From: Octopus sinensis
Taxonomy: Eukaryota
Length of the DNA stretch: 64,000 nt
Reading direction: 5' to 3'
Assembly: GCF_006345805.1 (NCBI RefSeq)
Contig: NC_042999.1
Span: forward strand, 172,174,001 to 172,238,000
The notes under the pieces were generated by a model. That model was given only the letters and a program-made list of their open reading frames with translations, did no database searches and was not told the origin of the DNA. This document shows, one piece after another, positions 13,601-27,569 of this stretch (position 1 is the first letter of the stretch; every line of letters begins with the position of its first letter). Made by a program: the position numbers and the translations under genes.

Positions 13601-15729
13601 AACCTAAAGGAAAATGTCAAAATAATGGCAAGTGCGCACATATACTTTTCGAATATAATATAGCGAATTGTGTTTCTAGAATATTCCGTATGACTTTTAT
13701 CAGTTTCAAAGTTTTAAAAAGAAACCATATGTTTACATTTCTGCATGACTCCAATAAGTGAGAGTTTTGATTTTGTTGTGATGAACGACGCGAAATAAGT
13801 CAATATGCAAAATATACAAAGGCAATGTCGTTCAACAATATATTCCAGTAAAATTCTAATAAATTTTTACGTTTAGACATACAGTTGATAAATCAAGTCT
13901 TACTTCATATATAAATGCTTGGCAATATATGCAAGGATATATCAACCGCCTATCTATATAAATATTTGGAGTACTAATATAGAATCCAAGACAATGTGTT
14001 CGTACGGTCTACTAACTCTAGCGGACAAAATTTCTTTAAAACTGCAAACCTGTTTTAGAAACAAGAACATGACAGAATATTTTGCTAGAATCAAATATCG
14101 GTCGAAAATTTCACATCTATAACATCTTTGGATATGCTTCCCTTGAACCAGATTTCATCTGTGTGTAAGACGTGTTACATGATAATGAAATTAATTTGGA
14201 GATACGATCAAAATGTTTATCCTACTTTGATATTATTACTAGTAAAATATTATTCACTTTATTTTTAACGCCTGTTTTTAAAGGATAGCAATTACAAATG
14301 CTACAAGTAACCAAATTCTATGAAACTTTAATTTTAAAATTTAAGAAAATATATAATGAAGACGAGTGTAAAATTCTTAGTAAAATATTATGTGAACACT
14401 AATACTCCTACGAGAAAAAACACACATATAATTCCAAACTGTTTAAAATATGTTCAGCCATGCCTTCCTGTAAATAAGTCTTAATAATATTATGAACTTT
14501 TTCAACAAGGAAACTGCATGCATTTATTTATACCACGATTATATTATAGTCATTGTTGATCTGAATAAATCAGCACTCGCATGTTTGTTGTTTATTGACC
14601 AATTCCAGGCATATGACTCTTAATCTGGTGATATGTAAAATTCATGAGTACAAACACTACATGTCACGTCTTGAAGAAATAATTTTAATCAGAGCCTCAT
14701 AGTACTCTTAATTTTTGATATGCACGAAATTCTATTTAAGCAAAGGATTTTCTATTCAAGCTTGTATTTTAGGGAAGGCATATAAATGAAACAGATAACT
14801 CGAATATTTCACTGGTACTTTACATTACCAACCAACAAGGAAGTATAAAATCATCCTGGATTGTTTCTGAACATAGAATGCATTCATACCTATATAATAT
14901 TCTAAAACCTTTTAACACTCGTTTTACCGTCTCTGCCGATTTACGCTTTTATTGATGCTTGTTTCTGTACATTATGCATACGAAGAACAACTGAGAGAGT
15001 CCAAAACGGCTCATTTGATCTGCTACAAAAATTATGATGTTGCAATTTTACCTGAAATACACAGGATGGTTGTGGTTGGAGCGCAAGTATGCTATAATTC
15101 TTTTGCATGTGATATATAACATTCCAAACCATCAAGTGGAGGGGAGAAAACTGAAATTATTCTTAGGCTGGTTGATTTCGGTGAGTACAAAGACTTCTTC
15201 TGATTAGTCAACATACATTGCGGCAAGAATACATACCTGATCAAAAACAAAAAAAGAAAAACAGCTCTATCTTAATTAAAGTAAAAATATAGATATTTAT
15301 TTTCTGCACCTTTTTTTATAATAAATAAATAATAATTTCTTCTATAATATTAAGATGCAATATAATACATAAAGGAATACCATCCGATCTGATCACTAAC
15401 AAGCGGGGATTTTCGCTCGAAAACATTATCATGTAATATTTGTTTCACCGATGGAATATTTCAAGCACACTATTCATAACAGAGCCACATGATAACCAGC
15501 ACAGCCATATTTTACTAGGAAATAAATAACAATGAAAGTAATGTATACTCAACTAACCTCAGAAAGAGCAGATAATTTGTATTGTTAATGTGAACTATAT
15601 TGCAAGTAACAAAATAGTACGTTTTCCAGATTAACAAAATCACACATGAAAGAGACTCTCTGCAGAATCTTAAAAATTTACAAAAAACATATTTCGAAAA
15701 TTCTCTTTAAAATCTATGCATGTGCCTCT

Positions 15730-15772
15730 CTGCGTGTGATATATATATACATACATATATATGTATATATAT

Positions 15773-15806
<34 letters not shown>

Positions 15807-15905
15807 ATATATATATATATGTGTGTGTGTGTGTGTTGTGTGTGTGTGTGTGTGTTGTGTGTGTGTGTGTGTATTTATATTATCTCTCTATATATACATG
15901 TGTGT
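15730..15905. repeat. (TA)n/(TG)n compound microsatellite
   Basis: Direct reading. Confidence 0.92.
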
Positions 15906-16919
15906 GTGCGAGAGACCGCGCGTATATACGTGTGGCGTTTGAATGTATCATTGGTTTGTCATTGATAAATATCAGTCGGATGATAAATAGATATTCAAAA
16001 GCCTACAGGAGAAAGAAAAGATGAAACAAAATGGGAGATACTCAAATATGACATCAAAGAATTATATTTCCTGTTAAAAAAATAGTTTTTCAAGATAAAT
16101 GAAATATGAATAGTATACTGAATGCTTGCTTTTTAAATGTTTAGTAAATTCTCATTAAAATCATCCAGGATTTCTTAGGAGTCGTAAAAAGCAGGTAATC
16201 TGGGTTACATGAAAATAAAACTAGAGTACACGTTGCACTTTTCTAGGTAAAATATCTATATCTGTCTAACTGTTTCTCTCTCGCACGTTCTACATACAGG
16301 AATCTATCTCTCAATCTCTCTATCTCAATAATCTGCCTGTATGTCGGTCTGTCTTCTGCTTTCTCTCTCTCTTTGTCTCTTTGTCTCTCTCTCCTTCTCT
16401 AACTCTCTGTGTCTACACACAAACACATAGACAGACGCTCGTGACTAGGTATGTATACATTACTTAGAACCAATATATAACTAAATTTTTTCTCACTTTC
16501 TCCAATGTCGGTATTTTAAAATGCCTATGAGTTTACATAACTGATTTTTCTAAATTTCTCATACTTTAAATCGATCTCTATCCTACTATCTCACTCTTCT
16601 CTCTCTTTTCCCCACTTTGTTTCTCTCTCTATGCCCCCCACTCTCTATGTAATTGATTTAGAAGTATATAAAGAATGATTTCAAAATCTGACCATCTCAT
16701 AAAACTGTTAATTTAAAGGACACATACTCGCACACACACGCATGCACACACATACACAGTCAAATGCAAATTTAAATACGCACACACGCTCACGGGAGAA
16801 CCGAATAATTACCAGTCCACCCCTGATTAAATTTCACTTAATATCTCTTTACAGATCTGCGTATGGGTCCCTATATATATTTATGTATGTGTGTATGTAT
16901 ATCAGCATGAAGTCATGCA

Positions 16920-17055
16920 GCCTTTCGGCAAAAGAAAACGATAGAATAAATAATAGGCTTACAAAGAAAAAGTCTAGCGATCGATTTCTTCTACTAAAAT
17001 GCTATGCTCCCGCAGGGCTACACTCAAGATGATTGAAACAAGTAAATACTAAATA
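16920..17055 (+). mobile_element. SINE family B, degenerate 3' fragment
   Basis: ttcggcaaaagaaaacgatagaataaataataggcttacaaagaa...gaaacaagtaa matches the family B 3' half. Confidence 0.65.
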
Positions 17056-17064
17056 AAAAAGTAG

Positions 17065-17636
17065 ATCGTTTGTATTCGGGAAGAAGAAGAGAAAAAGGGG
17101 GGCTCGAATTTCGACCAAAAGGGATCGTGGAAAAAATGCCGATCAATAGGGATCGTATATCACAGAAATGTCAATGTAAAAAGGGAAAGGAGATTAGGTT
17201 TATCCGAGGAAAGAAAAGCCTACGGAAAAAGATCACGGTAACCTTGGGCAATAACGTCATGCAAAAAAATCACATTACAGTAAGTGACTCTTTTTTTTTG
17301 TTCATACGATTATGCTCAATCTAGCTCTATCATTCACACATGCCATCCTTGCTACATTCACCCAACCTTTTTTGAAGCATTCACTAGACAAAACTGCCTT
17401 CTCTACTCTCACCTTCCACTTCAAGTGATACTTCAAGAAGTTGATGAGAGATTGGCCAGAGAGGAAAGTGTCTGTCTCTAGACCTTTCAGACACGTCCAC
17501 CAGACACAATCCTTTAAACACAAGTACGATGACACAAGTACAATGAAAAAGGCTCTTCCTCCCCGTTTGAAGGAAGGAGGCACAACAACATTCACGATAT
17601 TATTATCGGTTGACAAACCGACTCGTCCCACACGCG
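17065..17636 (-). mobile_element. Probable L1/Tx1-type LINE 3' fragment (ORF2 C-terminus plus 3' UTR)
   Basis: About 110 non-repetitive codons open on the minus strand to a stop at 17302-17304 (KDCVWWTCLKG...KVRVEKAVLSSECFKKGWVNV). The pattern recalls the C-terminus of L1/Tx1 ORF2, followed by a pyrimidine-rich UTR. Family call is from memory only. Confidence 0.45.
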
Positions 17637-17678
<42 letters not shown>

Positions 17679-17733
17679 GGATGGATGGATGGCAAGATAG
17701 ATAGAGAGAGACAGGCAGATAGATAGATAGATG

Positions 17734-17792
<59 letters not shown>

Positions 17793-17797
17793 GGATG

Positions 17798-17857
<60 letters not shown>

Positions 17858-17945
17858 CATACATACATACATACATACATACATACATACATACATACAT
17901 ACATACATACATACTTACATACTTACATACTTACATACATACATA
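17637..17945. repeat. Compound (GATA)n/(GA)n/(GGAT)n/(CATA)n microsatellite
   Basis: Direct reading. Confidence 0.95.
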
Positions 17946-18755
17946 TGCATGTGTAATATGAATTGTCGAGATATATCTTCTTTGAAATGAAAATTTTTCA
18001 AGCTGAGAAATCATTCCTACACAAACCGAAAGGCATACACATGTACTCATGCACAGACATACACATTCATGCTCTTATTATCGCTTATCTATAAAATACT
18101 TAGAGTAACATATGTGTAGCCTACCAGAATGTAATTTCGCTTTCTCAATTATATACTAGTATGAGACAATCTATATTTTGCGTTCTCATGACCTTTCAAC
18201 GTAACTATGACAAGGAAAGGTGAATTAGTTCTAATCCTTCTAACGAGATTTTTGTGTTTGATTTTAAATTCTCATCTGAATTATTCATTTCACGGGCTGA
18301 TCACAACGATAATATATTTTGGATGCCTCATTATTTCCATTTTTGTAATCATTTCTTTCCTGATATGTCTTTCCATTTAAGCAGGATATAGATACAAAGA
18401 AGAAATCATGACAAATGTGAAAGGAATTTATTCAAATGTCTTAGCCATAAACATATTTGTCACTACCATTCTTTATTGAAATTTCATATATTATATTTGG
18501 CTCGTGTTTAAAAGCACCTTTATTAATGTTGATTTAGTTAATGCTGTTGTTGGTCATGCACTTTTCGAGAATACTTTGCAACACTATGACGTTTATGAAC
18601 GTCAAAATGGGATAGCTGTTGCAGGAGTCCTATTTTAGTTTCTATCTGGGCGGCTAAGATAATATTTTGATTATTTCCGCTTGTGATACACACTGTATAA
18701 TATACTTTGTACCAAACAAACATGCGACTGCACATGTATGTGCGCTCCAGTAGCT

Positions 18756-18776
18756 GTCTCTGTCTGTCTGTCTCTC

Positions 18777-18826
<50 letters not shown>
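18756..18826. repeat. (TC)n microsatellite
   Basis: Direct reading. Confidence 0.92.
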
Positions 18827-18830
<4 letters not shown>

Positions 18831-19199
18831 CGAGCTTGCATACAAGTTTGGGTGTTTCAATATGCAACAAAATTTGTGTAATAAAGTGTATATTAACTGT
18901 TATAATTTGTTAATAAATCTTCAGGTCCCAAATTCTTTTGCAAAATGTAGGCAGAAGAATTTCTATATTTGCATGAGCGAAGAAATTGTATATTTGAACG
19001 ATCTCTTCACCAACTGACCACATATCAGTAAGAATGAAACCTGCCCTTCAGTTCCTGTTTCTCGTTTTTATGGTATCAAACGCACTTTTCACATATGCAT
19101 CGATGAACCGGTTCCAATCGTCACCATCCCTCTTCAGACAAAAATACAATTCAGTTTGTGAATATATATATATATACATATGTGTGTGTGTGTATGTGT

Positions 19200-19238
<39 letters not shown>

Positions 19239-19936
19239 AAAAGATCTAGCTAATATAATGTCTTGCACATTCATACGTGTTATCTCTCTTTAAGCCGATT
19301 CAACATAAAATGTAATTTTTGAAAATTGATACTACTGCAAACATGCTTCAGAACACATAGTGAAATACTTTACAGAAAATGAATCACGGTAAAAAATACA
19401 AACGTTTCGGTTCATATTATATGCATAATTAGTACTGGTAGGTAATCAGATGATGTCTTGTAGATGTGAGTGCATATGCCCAAATAATCTGGAATGGGAA
19501 TAATTATTCTTAAATTGTGTTTCATTTATATTTGTATCATTTTTATGTAAATTTGCATTCATACTTTTGCTATTAATGTAAAAAGTTATTTTAAGAAAGA
19601 CAGATAATAGTTTGAGGGACTTTATTTTTACTCATATGTAAAACGAAGTCCTGAAGTCGTGCTTGTAAGGGTGGAATAAAAAAAAATTGATAGGATATAA
19701 ATGTACAGCATATTCAAGGTGGGTCGCTTTCTTGTATAATAATGATCAAGTTTGGAAAATTTGAAGAGAAGAAAACATCTATAAATGGATGAGTGGTCAT
19801 AGGAATGAGATGTGAGAAAGTAATGAATAAATTTGCAGGTAGGTACATTTGTTTTATGTAATTAAAAAGTGCCTGTGACTACAACCAATTGGTTATAGGG
19901 GAGTTTTTTTTTAAAAAAGGTGGAAGCATATGATCA

Positions 19937-19982
<46 letters not shown>

Positions 19983-19989
19983 ATAAAAA

Positions 19990-20620
19990 TGGCACAAGAA
20001 CGTAACAGGCAACAACAAAACATTCGGACTGTTAGACGATACAAAAATGGGCAGGAAAAAACAAAGACGGATCATTCGGAGCTTTCAATCTTCAGTCGAG
20101 TACCAGATCGTCTTTGCAGTTTCTCGAGACTGGTCTAATCTGTCCGGCCCCATGAAAATCTAAGCTATGAGGTCTAGATTCTTTGGGAGAAAGCAAGCTA
20201 ATGTATATGGAAACAAGTACGAAAAAGAAACGGGGAAATGGTACACAATTACAAATACAATAACAGGACATTAATAACAGGTGTCTTTCCACTAAGGACG
20301 AATTAAATTAAGCTGGCGTGTGTGGAAGTGAAGCGTTACGGCAGGAACATAGAAGCTGAAAGACATGGGAAGGAATATAAGAGACGCTACACGGATGGTA
20401 GTCGAACCAAGGACGGTCAAGCTTAGCCGAACACCGATCATTTGGAAAGAACGGAGGGAGGTAGGGGTAGAGGGATTGAAGAATTAAAGAGGGACGAGAA
20501 AGAGAGAAAAAACGGATAGGGACAGTCTGATGAGAATGAAGGGAATGCCCAGAAATGGGAGAAAGGGTGGTAGAGAGAAAAAGAAAAGTGGAAGGAACGA
20601 AGAAAATGTGAAGGGGCTAC
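19990..20620. repeat. Purine-skewed probable interspersed repeat of unknown class
   Basis: Strong + strand purine bias, more GC than flanks, begins at a (CA)n(TA)n tract. No second copy in the window, so repeat status is inferred. Confidence 0.35.
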
Positions 20621-22382
20621 AGGAAATAGTAAAAGAAAAATCACACACAAAGGTATGTATGACTATGTATACGTATATGCAAGCACATATATACATATAT
20701 GTACACATATATACACATATATAAATATATAAATACACACACATACACACACACAAACGAACACCTTTTTAATGTTTGTGTGTATTTAGTAAGCTAATTT
20801 TCTCATGTATTTTTATGTGCTTCTTTGAAATACGTTTGATATCTCATATTTTAATGGCTTTTCTCGCACGTCTTCATTTTATTGGCCAATTTCCATACAC
20901 GCATTACTTAATTTATTAATCAAATATCTGACAATTATCACATGTACTCCACTCCTTTTCTGGAATCTTTCTTTATATTCATGCATTCCACTCCGATTTA
21001 CTTCTTTGGATATGGTTTTGAGACTGGCGCTGGGTGGTGGCGACATGAAAGTAATTCATGTTTGCATGACAGCAAAGGAGAAAATGTTTCAGCTTTTGAA
21101 TTTCGCCCAGTATCGCTATAAATCTAGCAGTATTTGCACTTTGATAAAATATTAGTTCCGTAGTTTTATTGCAGTTTGTTTATGACATGCTCCTTCTTGT
21201 GCTAATGAGTTTGTGTATGCATTACAATATTTCTTGAAAATATTATCATATAGTTAAACCACTAGATATGGCCAATGTTTGTTTAAATATGTATTGAAAT
21301 TGCGTTGACGAAAACGAATATACGAAACGTAATTTATGAAACGTAAATTACAAGAGACTTGCAAGTTGGATGTCTAGCACGAAAACAACTAAAACAATTT
21401 TGAGTCCTGAGCTTTAATTTGTTGCAGTATGAGTGTTCTTTTCTATGTAATGAGTAATAGGAATTGAATTGAAAACAATCTACTTAAGTCGTGACCAAAT
21501 TTAGGAGTGTCATAGATACAATATTTTCCTGTATAATGCTATTTTGGTATTTATTTGTTGGTATAATTGTTTATCTTTCTCTCGACACATACCAATAACT
21601 TTCGCTCAGAAATTTCCAGAAATATACAACTTCGTAAAATGTCATGTCAGATATTTTACGAATTTATCATTTTAATACAAAGAAAAGTAAGCGCCAGCCG
21701 TCATCCACGTACGAGTGTAACTCGGTAAACCTATGCCATTATTACAGTAACTGTCTTACGCGTCTACGTAGTCACCAGCAGACACAAAGAGCCACTCGAC
21801 TTTCGTTTCCGTTTGAATCAGTTTCAACCAAAATGTAGCAGTGAGAGAGGGAGAGAGAGTTGCACCAAATCGCCGCTTGTACACATTTTTTGATTGGGTA
21901 ATGTAACTTAAGTACTTCGCCCAATGCTAGAATGCGCTGCCAGTCCTATTGAGTGAACCCAAGACATCATTATTATCCGATCAAACAACCACCAATCAAC
22001 GCGCCTTCACTTGATGAGAAATTTGATACGCTTTAATCATACTCACCCATCAACTGTTATATTTGACTTCCACCGTGTAAGATATGTGGGGAAACTCATA
22101 ACTGACCGTTCAATTTCACGAAGATTTTCCATCATGATCAGATACAATAGCTCGATTGCTTGTGGTGGTCGCTGATATTTTTGCTCGATTATAAAACTCT
22201 TCACATTTTGAAATCTTGTAGATTTACACCGTATTCATGCGTGCAGAAACTACACAGAAACGGGTACAAGCACAACCATTTAAATGGAAGTTTTTTTTAA
22301 CAAATATTCTAAACTGAATCAATTATGAATTTTTATGTAGTATCTATCATATACTTCCAAATTCTTAAGGTGCGCAGTGAAT

Positions 22383-22540
22383 AGCGGTTCGGCAAAGGAA
22401 CCGATAGAATGAGTACTAAGCTTACAAAAAATCATTTCTGGGGTCGATTTGCTCGACTAACGGCGGTGCTCCAACATGGCCGCAGTCAAATGACTGAAAC
22501 AAGTAGAAAAGTAAAAGAAAGTAAAAGAGTAAAAGAGTAT
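22383..22540 (+). mobile_element. SINE family B 3' half with (AAAAGAGT)n-like tail
   Basis: gcggttcggcaaagg..ccgatagaatgagtact...ggcggtgctccaacatggccgcagtcaaatgactgaaacaagta. Confidence 0.85.
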
Positions 22541-22756
22541 AAAATATCTCATTTTTTAATCTGGAAAAAAAAACATGAACATGGACACATTTCTAAATTC
22601 CATGTATATGATGTTCATATATTTACGAAAATCTTAAGCGCTGACATTGAGGAGAAATGTCTACAATATAAGAAATAAATGCATGCAACCACAGTAGCTT
22701 GACAGATATAGTAAATTTAATCATTAATTATTTATCTATTTCTAGTAAGTGGAAGT

Positions 22757-22827
<71 letters not shown>

Positions 22828-25255
22828 ATACAAACGCACGCACACATACGCCCACACTCCACACACACATACACACACCGAGAGGGGAAAGTTGTCACAT
22901 ACTTACGCACATCAATGCAGAAGCAAAAAGTGTCGGAGATCTATTTATGTAATGGTGTGTGTGAGTGCCTGCACTTTTGTTCAGTATGTATGTGTTTATT
23001 CGCATTCAAAATCTCAGTATTTCTACTAAATGCAAGTTTAATACAAGGATGAATGTTTGATGCATAAATATCTCGGTACAATGGCATAGACTCGAAATAT
23101 ACAGGAACGTACACTCTCACGCACGCACACAAAATGACACATATATATGCAGACCTTAATATTCACTTAGGCATGTTTAATACATACAATATGAGAATAT
23201 ATTCATACATTTCATGTATAAAAAATTCCTATACACAGATGTTTGTGGAGAAAAATAAAAGCCACAAGTTAGAGAATATTGATATGAATAAAGGAGCGTC
23301 CCAGCAAAATTTCCACCAGCTGCTACTTCCAAGACACACTTGGCTTTCTCATTGAAATTCCGAAAAGGGAAAATCAATGGTTAGACAATGACAAAAAATA
23401 AAAATCAATGTTAAAAGAATGAGAATTTCAATGATACAGCTAGATAGGTGGGTGTGAGCTGGAGAATATTGCGGTATAAAAACAGACAGAAATGGAAGTT
23501 GATGTGAAAAAATGACAAACTACTCGAGAATGAAAGCAACAAAACAAATAGGAGAAAATGATAAAGTAAAGTAAAAATAATGACAGCGTAAGAAACATAA
23601 AAAATAGAAGAGAATAAAGAAACTGAGAAAGTGTAATAAAATAGTAAGGGCGGGGACAACGGATGCAGAAACATGTAGTTAGTATAAATGTGTATATTTT
23701 ATTATAGGAAGTGTAAAGATGTGTTTCAGGGCAAAGAAAATTACTAAGGATTAGCGTCGGAAAAATGAAACTTAGGTTAGAGAGTTACGTTAGCGCATGG
23801 GTGCTGTTCACAAATTTTAGAATTTTGTGGCAAACGAAAGAAATTATTTTACTAATATTACCTGAAATGTTGAAAGATACTCTCTGTCCTTTATAAGTCT
23901 GAAAATTCGGTTGGCTGCAAATTCCATTTCAGAAATACATAGAGGTTTATTTATATAGAGCTTTCATGTACCCTACAATATTTGATTCAAAAGTTGGTTG
24001 GTTTGCCTGAAAGAATATCTGTACTGACGAATACTATCAATGAACTGCGGAGACTGTCAATCTGGTAATGCTCCTGAAGGGGACAGCCCCTTTGACACAC
24101 GCTAAACTTGCACAGAAGGGGAGCTAGTAAATGCTCACCGAATAACAAAAGTGTGCTGCACGTAAATGTTAATGGCCAAGCATTCCTAAAATGTTTAATG
24201 GCATTGATTTAATGCCATTTAATGTATACCACGGATAATACTGAACCCAACACAATTCCTACAACGGCAAAATGTCTGCACGGCATGTGTGCATTCCAAT
24301 GATCACAACGTTGTGTTGTTTGCCTACCAGGATGCAATTTAGTGCAGCAGCTTTCTAATTACCTGCAGTATGTAATAGTCAAACGAGTCGAAGACTTTTC
24401 TTATACTATGATACACAATACCAGCTTTGGTATTCGGGATTGACTGCTAATCTTCAGAAAGTTATCAGAGAAGAGTATTAAATAAATTCCAGTCAATTAT
24501 ATATGCTATAACAAAATATGCGGATAGAATTATAGTGCTATACCAGGGGATATTTGAACGTGTGCACTTTCGAAATGTGATTGAACTTAAATATGAACAT
24601 TCTTTCTGTTCTGATAATCACTAATAAATTCTGAAAATATGAGAGTAAGTACTGTCACCATAGTGAGTATAGAAAATATGTCATCAACCTCAAATTTGGT
24701 ATGGCTTTCAGAATGAGCACCTCGATTCTCAGAAGTTTGCCAATACACAGAATCAGCTGCCATAATTCTTTTATCTTTTTCGTTGCACGGTCAATTTCAA
24801 ATTACACAGGATCAAGACATTGTGGAACGTGCTACAATGTGATTCGTTGCTGCGACATATTGCGACAGAAATGCTTTTCCTCAAACGGCTCGACTCTAAA
24901 AATAAATTAAGAGACATTAAATACGCAGTAACATTCAAATGGTACCCGGACACATTCCACGAAAGAATCTTTGAGAAACATTTTCTACACAGACAGGTGC
25001 GACTAACATCAACTTCTGTCTAGCGTTAGATATTGGGTCAAAGAGAAATTTAAACTAATTATGAAATAATAAACATTAACAGGCGGTAGCATAAACTTTT
25101 ACATGGTCTAGGCCAGTATTGTAATTAGATACGCAAAACCACGAAATTATATATGTGTGTGTGTATACGTAGAAATGTATGTAAGTACACACGCACACAA
25201 ATACACACACACACAGATACACACACATACACATGCACACGCATACACACATATA

Positions 25256-26410
25256 CAGAGTGCGTAAGGTATCTGAGGACATACCTTTTTCGTGGCATTG
25301 CTGGATTTTCTGTATAATCTTTGTTTCAGAATATAATAATGGTAGATCCTCAGCTTACTCACGAAATGAAGAGGTATCTCATAAGGGCTGAGCATAGCGA
25401 TTTAGAAATATCTCAATTTTAAACTGTTAGCAGATCTTTCGTGTACAACTTTTGTAAGGACCCAATGGCTGAAGATGGGAATGTATCATCAGTATCAAAC
25501 CATGAATAGCATTCTAAAAGCTTCGAAATCATCAGAACACCTGAATTAATCCAGCAAAACAGACCATTGATTACAATTCCAGAAAGTCCATGTGGTCAGC
25601 TGCAAAAGGTCAGTTTGTTAGAAAAAGCAAAAGAAAATCACTACATCAGAACTAAAATGTTCTTAAACAAACTGAAATATGCAGTAGGTTTGATTTGGTT
25701 TTTCTCAAACGAGAAAAACGTAGACCAAGGTCAAAATGTTAACAGAAGATATGACAGATTGCTACGTGCACACCCTTCTGAAGTTCCAAGTGTTATTCAT
25801 ACACAATTTCCCTCAGTTGTCATGGTTTTAGAGGTTGTCAGCAAGGAAGGACATGTAATGCCACCTTACTTCTTTCTACAAGGCCATAAATTTAACCCTA
25901 CTACTTCCATTGAAGTCCTGGAAATAATTGTTCAACCCTGGATAGACAGTGTATACAATGGAAGGTCATATGTGTTTCAGAAAAACTCTGCGATATCAAA
26001 CATGACTCTAGTAACAGAGGAATAGATGGCTGAAAATTTTCATGACCACAATATCCTAAACTTTGGCCTCCTAATTCTCTAGATCTCAATCCATTTGGGC
26101 TATTACATGTGAAGCCTTGTTGAGAGAGAGATCAATGAACACCCCCATAACACCAAAGATTATTTGAAAACAGCCATAATCAGGGTAAAGTCGAAAAGGA
26201 GCCAGGACCACTTGAAACGAGCATCTATATGAGTTAGCTCTCATATAGAAGCATGTTGAAGACGAAGGTAAATTTATTGAATAACATTATAGAAAAGGTT
26301 TATTTCTGATATCATAGCATTTTGGATTAAAAAAGTTATTATCTGTTACTTTATATCTACTTTTCTGCTTTTTATAAACAAAAATATGTCCTCAATTATG
26401 ATACGCACCC

Positions 26411-26412
<2 letters not shown>
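25256..26412 (+). mobile_element. Tc1/mariner element (probably DD37D/maT-like), degenerate transposase
   Basis: 28-bp imperfect TIRs CAGAGTGCGTAAGGTATCTGAGGACATA / CAGGGTGCGTATCATAATTGAGGACATA. ORF 25567-26025 has WFFSNEKN, VVSKEGHVMPP and YVFQKNSA, followed by a WPPNS-LDLNP-like motif at about 26065-26095. Confidence 0.85.
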
Positions 26413-26456
<44 letters not shown>

Positions 26457-26548
26457 TGCATGTATATATATGTATATGTCTGTATATATATATATGAATG
26501 TATGTATATATATATATATATGAATATATATATGAATGTATGTATATA

Positions 26549-26589
<41 letters not shown>
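26413..26589. repeat. (TA)n-rich microsatellite
   Basis: Direct reading; flanks the hammerhead repeat cluster. Confidence 0.92.
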
Positions 26590-26590
<1 letters not shown>

Positions 26591-26876
26591 GTAATAATGA
26601 AGGGTGAAATTAATTAATTGGAATAATTATCAATTACACCAAGTAGTCTTCGGCATGTAAAAGCCTCATTCGAGGAAAATTTAAGTAATACTAAGCAATA
26701 AAGGGTTTAGCAACGAATTGCCTTACCACATACCGAATTTAGAAATAGCAGTCAAAGAGTTATAGCTATTTCTTCTACTAAAAAGGGAGATCTCAGTAAA
26801 AACAGCAATTGGAAGGCAGACACAAACAGGTAAGAGAGAATGAATTGACGGCAATCTATCATACAATTTTAAGTTA

Positions 26877-26976
26877 TCTACGGACGCACGTTTCGAAATC
26901 AAGTTTTTAGGAAAGCATAAGATTTAAATATTAAATAATTCTACCTTACCAAAACTTCTTTTCTCTTCAGCGTAGA
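26877..26976 (-). ncRNA. Type I hammerhead ribozyme, copy 1 (predicted cleavage after GUC at 26885-26883)
   Basis: Minus strand reads UCUACG-CUGAAGA-GAAA.ag.AAGUUUU...AAAACUU.ga.UUUC-GAAA-C-GUGC-GUC-CGUAGA. All conserved core nucleotides are present and stem I is 6 bp. Confidence 0.85.
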
Positions 26977-27469
26977 ATACTATAATCATAAATGATTATA
27001 TATTGAATTTTGAGATACTAGAAGGCACCAACTCAACTCAGTATCAGAGCGAGCTAGAATCCGCAACTAGTATCACCAAATGCAACGTGTGAATGAAAAG
27101 ATTGTGTCACCAGCCCCTTCCCACCCGCGTGTAGCCAAAACAAGATGCTGTGGTCATCTACTGAGATAAAATATGGTTATCCGTAATAATGAAGGGTGAA
27201 ATTAATTAATTTGGAATAATTATCAATTACACCAAGTAGTCTTCGGCATGTAAAAGCCTCATTCGAGGAAAATTTAAGTAATACTAAGCAATAAAGGGTT
27301 TAGCAACGAATTGCCTTACCACATACCGAATTTAGAAATAGCAGTCAAAGAGTTATAGCTATTTCTTCTACTAAAAAGGGAGATCTCAGTAAAAACAGCA
27401 ATTGGAAGGCAGACACAAACAGGTAAGAGAGAATGAATTGACGGCAATCTATCATACAATTTTAAGTTA

Positions 27470-27569
27470 TCTACGGACGCACGTTTCGAAATCAAGTTTT
27501 TAGGAAAGCATAAGAATTAAATATTAAATAATTCTACCTTACCAAAACTTCTTTTCTCTTCAGCGTAGA
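27470..27569 (-). ncRNA. Type I hammerhead ribozyme, copy 2 (predicted cleavage after GUC at 27478-27476)
   Basis: Same core and stems as copy 1. Confidence 0.85.

Noticed and set aside
15052-15180. Possible exons on both strands around ttttacctgaaatacacag and ttcg|gtgagt
   Set aside because: Conflicting interpretations, a weak acceptor and no recognisable peptide.
20083-20095. Minus-strand CTGAAGA-TT-GAAA
   Set aside because: There is no room for stem II and no valid NUH with a paired stem I.
23990-25030. Protein-like frames, including a QRGCPL string resembling an RT motif
   Set aside because: A single weak motif with no supporting neighbours.
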